From positions 1 through 22,203 of the forward strand of contig JBHLNT010000065.1 in NCBI GenBank assembly GCA_048941265.1: 22,203 bases of DNA, read 5' to 3'. Both the position numbers and the translations under genes were made by a program. The stretch is from Promethearchaeota archaeon. GTDB lineage: Archaea > Asgardarchaeota > Lokiarchaeia > Sigyniarchaeales > SOKP01. The notes beneath the pieces are model-generated. The model did not search any database, was not told the DNA's origin, and saw only the letters and a list, made by a program, of their open reading frames with translations. Within the stretch, counting starts at the first letter, position 1. Every line of letters starts with the position of its first letter. Shown here in pieces: positions 1 to 7,249 of the stretch.

Positions 1-76
1 TATTTAGTAAATTTTTTTGTCGTAATTTTTATATTTATATATCAGAGGGGTTTTTTTATCCAAAATAAAAAGAAAA

Positions 77-1285
77 TCATGAATTTAAAAATTCAATATC
101 ATAATATTTTGATAGAATTTTTAGAAACTCACTTATACTAGCCTTAATTTTTATGAAATATGCTTCATCACTTTTATAATTTTTATGTCCTTCTTTATCA
201 TTTAAGATTTTAAATAATTTTAGAATAAAGTTTTTTCTAATTATTGGTGAAATTTCTTTAAAAAATTTTAGGATATATTTTTCATCAATTTCTTTACAAA
301 TTTTTAATAAAAATAAAAGAAAGGAGTATAAATAATGATCATGCTCTAAAAATCCAAATTTTGTACTCATAACCATTTCTGATATTTTTAAAAATAACTT
401 TTGATCGGCATCTTCCAAAGTGAATTTTAAAGACTCAACATCGAAGTGATGAAACCAATGAAAAATTAAAATTAATGCTAGGGTATACTGATTATTGCCC
501 TTAATTAAAGATTTAATCTCATTTATTTGATGGTGAGAAAAATTTTTTCCGAATCGCTCAAATAATTCAAATAGTTGGTAAAAGCGTATTGAAGGTTTTT
601 CTTCTTCCAAAAATGATAGAAAATAAAAAAACCGTCCTGAAAACCTAGAATTGCTAAAAAATAAGAGCCACTGCTCGAAATTAAATTTTACAAAAAGATA
701 TTTATAAAACCACTCATAAATTTTATGATTAGAAGTAAAATAATCCATTATTTCTAACATTCCAATAGGCGCCTTAAGTTCGAGCAAAAACTCCCAGAAA
801 TCTCCAGGTACCTTATAGAACCAATCTCCCCATAAGATCTCAAAACTTTTCACATCTTCAGTTTCAAAAATGTTAAGAATCATTGATTGTAATGAATTTG
901 ATAATTCAGCTGTTATATTATTATTGGAAGATATCATTGTTTCGCCAATGATTTTTGCTATTCTTGTAATGAATTCCCTTGATTCACAACTATTAAATAA
1001 ATAATTAACCAAATTATACCCCTTTTCAGGAAATTTTTTTAAAGCCAAACTCACTGCATTAAGTCTCACTTCAATATTAGGATCGGATATTACCACTTCT
1101 TCTAGAAATTTAAAGACTTTTTCAGTTTTTATATTCACAGACTCAAGTGTTTTCAAACATTCTATCCGAATCTTTTCTGAATCTGAAAATTCATACATGG
1201 TAATGATTCGATTTATAAATTCGCTCTTATTAATTTTTTTTGTTTTATAGAATTGATATAATTTAGCAGGTGTAATCTGGTTCAA
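77..1285 (-). CDS. Hypothetical alpha-helical protein with N-terminal HEAT-like repeats (402 aa, TTG start)
   Basis: Long ORF. The N-terminus has two HEAT-like units (SDSEKIRIECLKTL; SDPNIEVRLNAVSLA) resembling the N-terminal module common on Lokiarchaeal proteins. The remainder is aromatic-rich and helical with no catalytic motif seen. Confidence 0.7.
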   Translation of the reverse strand: MNQITPAKLYQFYKTKKINKSEFINRIITMYEFSDSEKIRIECLKTLESVNIKTEKVFKFLEEVVISDPNIEVRLNAVSLALKKFPEKGYNLVNYLFNSCESREFITRIAKIIGETMISSNNNITAELSNSLQSMILNIFETEDVKSFEILWGDWFYKVPGDFWEFLLELKAPIGMLEIMDYFTSNHKIYEWFYKYLFVKFNFEQWLLFFSNSRFSGRFFYFLSFLEEEKPSIRFYQLFELFERFGKNFSHHQINEIKSLIKGNNQYTLALILIFHWFHHFDVESLKFTLEDADQKLFLKISEMVMSTKFGFLEHDHYLYSFLLFLLKICKEIDEKYILKFFKEISPIIRKNFILKLFKILNDKEGHKNYKSDEAYFIKIKASISEFLKILSKYYDIEFLNS

Positions 1286-1497
1286 AACAGGAGCACTAGT
1301 AAGATTATATATTTTCTATTCTAATTATAAAATAAATATAAATAAATTACTTTGATATAGAAACTTATTTTCTTTATAATAAACCTTTTTGGTTAATATT
1401 AAAACAAATACATAATAATGTGTTTAAATTATTAAAAAAATTAAAAAACTAGTATCGAACAGTCTCTTTTAACAATATCTCTCCATATTATTTTGCT

Positions 1498-4047
1498 TTA
1501 CAGCTTAACCTTCTTATTTTTAGCACCCTCGATTATTTTTTTGCATAAATTTATTCCCAATCCAGTTTTGCGATTTAAAATGTATGGTTTTTCCCTTGCA
1601 ACTTGAGGAGCAGTATGATAACCTGCATCATATAAAATTCTTGCCCTAATTCTGCCCACATTATCAATTCTTAAGACGAGATCGAACAATTCTTCTCGAA
1701 TGCCGTAATGTAATCTTAATTTCAGAGTTTCTACCATCTCTGCTATTGAAATCATTTTATCTTGCAATTCGACATCACTAATACTTAAATGACTCGCAAT
1801 AATCCCTATAAAATTTATTATTCTTCCTAAATTATCTCGTATAGAATAAAAATCACCTGCCATAATACCATACCGCTCTAAGATTCTTTCAATCGGTTCC
1901 TCATCAGCCCATTCTATAATTGGTTCCAACATTTTAAAATCTCTCACTCGTTCTTCTATTCTTAGCACTTCATAAGCTTCTTTTATTAAATCCTTGAACG
2001 TATAAATTTCCTTATCTTCAAGCTGCTGCCGGATTAATACACCAGATCCGGGATTTAAATATAATCTAATTATTAATTTACCAAATTGTGAGCAATAAAT
2101 TTCATTATTTTCGTTTTTTATAATTAATCCTTTCTCAAAAAGGTAATTTAAGATATATTGATTTTTTATAGCTTTTGGAATGATATCATTCATATATTTT
2201 TGAAAATTAATATCTGGCAAATTAAGAAGATACAATAAAAAAATTGTAACGTGATCACAAAATTCAAAAGAAAAATTTTGATCAACAAAATTATCTGATA
2301 TTCTATTCTGAAATCCACAGGAACACTTTATCCCAGAATCAATATCGAATTGACAGGTATATACTCCAAAATCAGTTTTTACATATCCAAGCAAATTAGA
2401 GTTAGTGACTTTTGATAATTTTACTTGGTAATTACTAGTTTGTAAAAACTGCACTTTTTTTGGATCAGAATGAAGTTTTAATATGTTTAAAGGAGAAATT
2501 TCCTTAATCATAAGTAGCTGATCTATTGGTATGCTCTGTTCTCTCATTTTATCTTTAATTCCGTACCAAAAGTATGTTCTTTTAAAAAATTCTTTTAGAT
2601 TCTCCATCGATATTCGTTTTTCTTCATAAATTCTTAACAGGACTTGTTCTTTAAGAATATTAATTTTGTTTAAGCCTGAAATTAGATCATTATATTTTGG
2701 TACTGCCTTATTTCCTTCCAAAAATTTATGAAAATAATGGTCCTCTATCCATAACCTTTCTTCTACATTACTCACTAACATAATACCATATCCAATTGAA
2801 TCAAGTCCGGGTCTTCCCGCTCTACCTAACATTTGAAATATTTCATTTGCGTTAAATGGCAAGAAATAACTAAATCCATCACCATTTTCATGAAATCCAG
2901 AAAAATTTTTAATATTATATCCTGATGTCACATATTTCTTAAAATCCTTTAAAATTACAACTCTAGCCGGTAGATTAATACCAGCTGAAAGAGTAGTAGT
3001 ACAACAGATTACTTTAAGAATCTTTTTTCGATAATTATCCTCTATTAACTTTCTTTCCTTGGGTAGAAGCCCCGCATGATGAAAGGCAATCCCTGATTTT
3101 ACAACTTTTATTAAATCATTATTTGCTCCCTTAATTTTGTGTATTTTTTTTTCTAATGTTTTACATACACTCAATTCTTTTTCTTCTAAATGTTTTTTAA
3201 CTAAGTGTTTAAGGTTTAGAGCTTGTTGTTGTGCAGAATTTCTTTTATTTAGAAATATAAGAACTTGTCCTTTTTTGTTCAAAGTCTCCTTTACTAATTT
3301 TTTTATAGTAGAATCCTTATTTTGAGTGATTTCAATCCTAAAATGGAGCGGTACAGGCCTTTTCTCAGATTTTATCAGCATAGTTTTATTTCCTAAAGAG
3401 GATAGCCAGGAATTAAAGAATTCTGCATTTGCTATAGTTGCTGATAATCCTATAATCTGTGGATGGTATAAAAACTCATTCAACCTTACGATTAAAGATT
3501 CTATGCGAGGTCCTCTATTACTATCACCAATTATGTGAATTTCATCAACAATAATCGTAGAAATATCAAAAATCCAATCTTTATCATAAAAATTTCTCAA
3601 AATTGAATCCATTTTTTCATAAGTAGTAATGATAATATCTGCTTTCTCTAATTTAGCATCACTAATATCATAATCTCCAATTGATAATTCAACGTTGACT
3701 CCAAATCTTTGATATTTTTTTTTAAAATGAAGATATTTTTCAGTAGCAAGCGCTTTAAATGGAACTAAATATATTGATTTGCCAAAATCTTGAAATATGT
3801 TGTAGATCGCGCATAATTCCCCGATTAAAGTTTTGCCAGATCCCGAGGGAGCACAAATTAAAAAAGATTTCCTAAAAAAAAGTCCTTCTTTAATTGCATC
3901 TTTTTGAATATCCCTTAATTTGAAAATTCTTGACTCAAATAATACTCTAAGAATTCTCTCATCACAGATAAACTTAAAAATTTCTCTATCTTCTTTAGAA
4001 TTCTTATCTAAACCCCTAACGTTTTTATCATAATTGGTAATAGTTAT
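1498..4047 (-). CDS. hel308: Hel308/Ski2-like SF2 DExH helicase with internal SWIM Zn finger (about 849 aa; non-canonical ATA/ATT start; ORF track start at 3612 is truncated)
   Basis: The frame stays open from 3612 up to 4059 and encodes the Q motif (LRDIQKDAI), Walker A (APSGSGKT), motif Ia (YLVPFKALATE) and Ib (TTYEK). Downstream are DEIH, SAT, FHHAGL, TTTLSAGINLPA, QMLGRAGRPG and a C-terminal HhH with the RAR motif (VGRIRARILYDAG). SD GAGGTG lies at 4061-4056. Could be a paralogue rather than the Hel308 orthologue. Confidence 0.9.
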   Translation of the reverse strand: MTITNYDKNVRGLDKNSKEDREIFKFICDERILRVLFESRIFKLRDIQKDAIKEGLFFRKSFLICAPSGSGKTLIGELCAIYNIFQDFGKSIYLVPFKALATEKYLHFKKKYQRFGVNVELSIGDYDISDAKLEKADIIITTYEKMDSILRNFYDKDWIFDISTIIVDEIHIIGDSNRGPRIESLIVRLNEFLYHPQIIGLSATIANAEFFNSWLSSLGNKTMLIKSEKRPVPLHFRIEITQNKDSTIKKLVKETLNKKGQVLIFLNKRNSAQQQALNLKHLVKKHLEEKELSVCKTLEKKIHKIKGANNDLIKVVKSGIAFHHAGLLPKERKLIEDNYRKKILKVICCTTTLSAGINLPARVVILKDFKKYVTSGYNIKNFSGFHENGDGFSYFLPFNANEIFQMLGRAGRPGLDSIGYGIMLVSNVEERLWIEDHYFHKFLEGNKAVPKYNDLISGLNKINILKEQVLLRIYEEKRISMENLKEFFKRTYFWYGIKDKMREQSIPIDQLLMIKEISPLNILKLHSDPKKVQFLQTSNYQVKLSKVTNSNLLGYVKTDFGVYTCQFDIDSGIKCSCGFQNRISDNFVDQNFSFEFCDHVTIFLLYLLNLPDINFQKYMNDIIPKAIKNQYILNYLFEKGLIIKNENNEIYCSQFGKLIIRLYLNPGSGVLIRQQLEDKEIYTFKDLIKEAYEVLRIEERVRDFKMLEPIIEWADEEPIERILERYGIMAGDFYSIRDNLGRIINFIGIIASHLSISDVELQDKMISIAEMVETLKLRLHYGIREELFDLVLRIDNVGRIRARILYDAGYHTAPQVAREKPYILNRKTGLGINLCKKIIEGAKNKKVKL

Positions 4048-4064
4048 TACTATTACACCTCAGA

Positions 4065-4376
4065 TTAATATGGATTTGACCACTTTATCATGAATTGCTT
4101 GAACGTATCAAAATTTCTTGAGATTTCTATGCTCTTAATCAATCCTATGCTTCGTACATTCAAATGTTTATCTATATAGCACAACAGTGCGTGAAGTGGA
4201 TTTCCATGTAAGTGAATATGAGGATATGGAAATTTTTCATACTCAGATAATTCTTTTAAAGTATCCATCTCAATACCAATTTCAATTCGTTCCTTACATA
4301 AAGGGCAAACTTGAACATTTTTTAGGTGTTGTTTTAAATCCCCGTAATTTTTCTTCCTTTTTGATGATATAGCCAT
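4065..4376 (-). CDS. Small putative Zn-binding hypothetical protein (CPxC...HxHxH...H...YID...VR)
   Basis: 103-aa ATG ORF with CPLC and a His cluster (PHIHLHGNPLHALLCYID). Its stop lies 3 nt before the helicase SD, so it is probably co-transcribed. Confidence 0.7.
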   Translation of the reverse strand: MAISSKRKKNYGDLKQHLKNVQVCPLCKERIEIGIEMDTLKELSEYEKFPYPHIHLHGNPLHALLCYIDKHLNVRSIGLIKSIEISRNFDTFKQFMIKWSNPY

Positions 4377-4503
4377 TACAATTCAATTTTATCTTTTTTA
4401 TATTTCATTAGGATTCTTTTTATTTAAAAAAAAAATGACAAAAATGAAGAGGAGTGATTCTTAAAATTCTTAGTGCTGAAAAATAAGCAATTATAAGAAG
4501 GGA

Positions 4504-4621
4504 GACTCCTGCCAACAGACCTAAATACAAGGTCGATAAAATTATAGGATCAGTAGGGCAAAATCAGAGTGTAAAAACTTACACTAACCAAAAGACAAAA
4601 ATCCAGGGTGTGGCAGGAGTC
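4504..4621 (-). ncRNA. Candidate structured RNA or leader element 1 (unassigned family)
   Basis: Perfect 11-bp inverted repeat GACTCCTGCCA 4504-4514 / TGGCAGGAGTC 4611-4621 in AT-rich intergenic DNA. It encloses hairpins GACCT/AGGTC (4518-4534) and AGTGTAA/TTACACT (4568-4585). G-U extensions favour the minus strand. Confidence 0.4.
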
Positions 4622-4936
4622 ATTTTTATATAACATTTTCAATTCAATGTTTTTTCTCTTTAATAATCTTTTATTTGAAAATCATTTAAATTTTATCTTC
4701 ATATTTTAGCATAAGCTTTACAGCATAATAAATAAGATGATAATTCAATATTTATTCATATTTTGATTTAATCATGCACTTTTTTATTTATCTGGATTAA
4801 AATATAAAGACTAAACATATTTTTATGAATAAAATAGGATCAATTTTATTAAAAATTACATTAACAAAGATAATTAGGACATTATTTTAAATGGGTTATT
4901 ATTTATCTTAAAAAAACTATTAAAATTAGAATTAAA

Positions 4937-5164
4937 ATGAAAAAAAAACACGGAACATGTTTAGTGTGTGGCGGGAATATCATCTATGATGAAGAGTCTC
5001 AGAATTTTAAGTGTTTTGATTGTGATGCGAGTCATTCATCAGATTTGTTTAAAACATATGAAAAGATGGGCAAACGTTTGCATTTACCTAGACTGAGAAT
5101 CTTATTTGCCATTCTTGGAGCCTTATATTTGTTATTTTGGTTGTATTGGGTTTTAATTTATTAA
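4937..5164 (+). CDS. Small Zn-ribbon protein with C-terminal transmembrane helix
   Basis: 75 aa; CLVC...CFDC pair plus a terminal hydrophobic stretch ILFAILGALYLLFWLYWVLIY. Confidence 0.7.
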   Translation: MKKKHGTCLVCGGNIIYDEESQNFKCFDCDASHSSDLFKTYEKMGKRLHLPRLRILFAILGALYLLFWLYWVLIY

Positions 5165-5198
5165 TCCCAACTTAATTCCCCGTAATATATATAGGGCT

Positions 5199-5618
5199 TT
5201 AAATAATTCTGGAGATTCTGGATAGTGGATGCCCCTTGGCTTTCATCTCAAGTTCATTAAACCATCCAAAAGGAGGTCTCATAACAGTAAAACCTTTTTT
5301 TCTTAATAAGGATGCAAGTTTTTTCAAGCTTTCTAAACCAAATTCAGGAGAGCTTAATTGTCCAAAAAGGTGAGCAAATGAAAGTATTACGATATTAGAA
5401 ACTTTTAGTTGATTAATTATTTTTTCTATTTCACGAATGCATTTTTCAATAAAGTCCGGTTTATCTTCATCCTGCTTTTCAACACAGATGAATAAAACAA
5501 TCACATTTTCTAGCTTACCTTCCTTATTTTCTTCTGTTAATTCTTCATAGACCTTAGAACGACTCCTTTTAGTGGCCATATAATTGAAATATTCACAATG
5601 AAAAGAAAGAAATCTCAT
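5199..5618 (-). CDS. Free-standing archaeal-type threonyl-tRNA synthetase editing domain (DTD-like fold)
   Basis: Signature motifs MRFLSFHCEYF, FICVEKQDE, FAHL, PFGW and KGHPLS; 139 aa with no catalytic or anticodon-binding domain. Confidence 0.9.
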   Translation of the reverse strand: MRFLSFHCEYFNYMATKRSRSKVYEELTEENKEGKLENVIVLFICVEKQDEDKPDFIEKCIREIEKIINQLKVSNIVILSFAHLFGQLSSPEFGLESLKKLASLLRKKGFTVMRPPFGWFNELEMKAKGHPLSRISRII

Positions 5619-5656
5619 TTACATCTTTTAAAATGCTTTCTTTTAAAAATTTTTCT

Positions 5657-6115
5657 TTATTTTACTGATTCTAAAAATGGTATAAATTTGTCCAATGTTA
5701 CCTTTGCTCCTATCTTAGACGGAATATTTACTGCTTTTTTAACATCATCGTAAGAATACCGTTGATCAAATAACTTCTGGATTGCCGGTGAAAAAATTTC
5801 TTTATAATATTTTTCTCCTATTTTTTTAATGATTTTATCAAAATCTTTTGTAGTGACCCATTTTTCTTTTTTTCGATGAATTACGGACACTCCTTTTTCT
5901 TTCCCTTTCTGCTCAACTTGATATTTTTGTGCTTTTTTGCCTAATCGTGCTTGATACCCCACTATTGCGATAACTATTCCATGAATCTTCGCTTCCTCCT
6001 CACTATGTCCGTTTTTTAGCCACTCAATCCTATGATATTCTGAGATAATATCCCACTTCCCGATCTGAACGGATTTGATCTCATTAAGCTCTTTTTCTGA
6101 GAATTTTTTCTCCAT
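5657..6115 (-). CDS. Hypothetical protein (152 aa)
   Basis: ATG ORF with upstream GGAGA, host-like codon usage, co-oriented with neighbours; no motif recognised with confidence. Confidence 0.7.
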   Translation of the reverse strand: MEKKFSEKELNEIKSVQIGKWDIISEYHRIEWLKNGHSEEEAKIHGIVIAIVGYQARLGKKAQKYQVEQKGKEKGVSVIHRKKEKWVTTKDFDKIIKKIGEKYYKEIFSPAIQKLFDQRYSYDDVKKAVNIPSKIGAKVTLDKFIPFLESVK

Positions 6116-6256
6116 AATAGCTTATTATCTCCATTTCATTTTATAGTAAAAAACTATGAGGTCTAAGAATATATTTCCTCCTCGTGTATTTTAAAATATC
6201 CTTTCAATTTTAAAGAAAAGTTAAAAATTAATCCATATAAATCGAAAGCATATAGA

Positions 6257-6478
6257 TTATCTTAAGATATCATCTTCAGAATAATCTTTCTTAAGATCCA
6301 TTCCACAACTAGGACATTTCAATATCGGCAAAGATTCACTTTTATAGAAATAATCGATCATAGGAGCAACATACTCATTAGAGCAATCAACGCAAACCCA
6401 TTTTTTACATTCAGAATTTAAGCACTGAAAAATTCTGGCTTCATCCCCACAAATCGAACAAATCCCTATTTTTGTCAT
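6257..6478 (-). CDS. Stand-alone 8-Cys cross-brace Zn finger (PHD/ADD/RING-like), 73 aa
   Basis: C-x2-C-x8-C-x4-C-x4-C-x2-C-x22-C-x2-C pattern in the translation. Confidence 0.75.
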   Translation of the reverse strand: MTKIGICSICGDEARIFQCLNSECKKWVCVDCSNEYVAPMIDYFYKSESLPILKCPSCGMDLKKDYSEDDILR

Positions 6479-6624
6479 ATTTTAATCAAATTTATTAGGT
6501 ATATTATTTCATGTAAAGAATAGTAAAAAAATTTATACTTTTTCGAATAGAATTGATTTAAAATTATATCTTAGCCTTTAATTATCTGCTTTATGCAAAT
6601 AAATATAAATTTGAAAATAGGAAA

Positions 6625-6735
6625 AGAAGGAAATCCAAATCCAATCCAAAATGCAAAAATAAAGAGAGGGTTAAACTTCCAAAAAGTCTAACAAGGGCGA
6701 AATCCAATATAGGACCGAATTTTTTGATTCCTTCT
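6625..6735 (-). ncRNA. Candidate structured RNA element 2 (unassigned family)
   Basis: Terminal stem AGAAGGAA 6625-6632 / TTCCTTCT 6728-6735. Internal hairpins at 6670-6692 and 6701-6716 pair through G-U on the minus strand. A TATA-like TTTAAATA (6766-6759) lies about 25 nt upstream and a U-rich tail follows. Confidence 0.35.
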
Positions 6736-6875
6736 CAAGTGATCAAATTGAGATAAGATATTTAAATATGCTGTATATAAATTATAAAGGATAAGCTAAA
6801 TCTATTTTCACTCTATTCGTCCTTGATATAGATCAGATTATGATAGATAGATTAATGAATAATAAGAAAGAATAA

Positions 6876-6887
6876 AAAAAAAGGGAG
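6876..6887 (-). terminator. Putative oligo-U terminator after rubredoxin
   Basis: Minus strand reads CTCCC followed by a T run about 25-35 nt after the rubredoxin stop; archaeal intrinsic terminators are U-tracts. Confidence 0.35.
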
Positions 6888-6911
6888 ATTTTCAATTAAT
6901 TTTTAAGATAT

Positions 6912-7049
6912 TTAACTAATCTTTTCAAACATATCTTTACCTACCCCGCAAACTGGACAGGTCCAATCATCGGGGAGATCCTCAAATTTAGTTCCTTCTG
7001 CATCTTCGTCGTAAACATAACCGCATGCTTGACATTCCCATTTAGCCAT
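6912..7049 (-). CDS. rub: Rubredoxin, short-loop type (45 aa; absent from ORF track)
   Basis: Manual translation [45 protein letters not shown], with canonical CxxCGY...[14 protein letters not shown]. Confidence 0.95.
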   Translation of the reverse strand: MAKWECQACGYVYDEDAEGTKFEDLPDDWTCPVCGVGKDMFEKIS

Positions 7050-7249
7050 ATTCAACACAAATTTTTCTTTTAATTTTATAAATTGTAACTTATGGATTTT
7101 AATTGAATCTGTATTAAAAATATTAATTTAATATTTTATAAAAATATCTAATTTGACAAGGAGATTTGCCTTTAAAAATGAATTTTCTGCCATATAAAAT
7201 TATGTGAATTGAAAAAGTTATTAATAAATACACAACGATAGAACACACT

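Noticed and set aside
3137-3538. Plus-strand ORFs 3137-3325 and 3326-3538
   Set aside because: Antisense shadows of the helicase with no motifs.
4187-4372. Plus-strand 61-aa ORF
   Set aside because: Antisense to the better-supported Zn-motif ORF 4065-4376.
4504-4621. Element 1 as 5S rRNA or c-di-GMP-I riboswitch (GGGCAAA at 4556-4562)
   Set aside because: Size fits 5S but the conserved loop sequences are absent; there is no GNRA tetraloop/receptor or GACGCAAA segment of the riboswitch.
4420-4623. Minus-strand hydrophobic frame (MTPATPW...*...TGA...PTDPIILSTLYLGLLAGVSLLIIAYF) as a membrane peptide or selenoprotein
   Set aside because: Interrupted by TAA as well as TGA, no SECIS-like element recognised, and T-rich strands translate as hydrophobic by default.
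6631-6650. AAATCCAAATCCAATCCAAA tandem repeat as CRISPR or iteron
   Set aside because: Only three 5-6 nt units with no spacers and no cas genes; treated as part of element 2.
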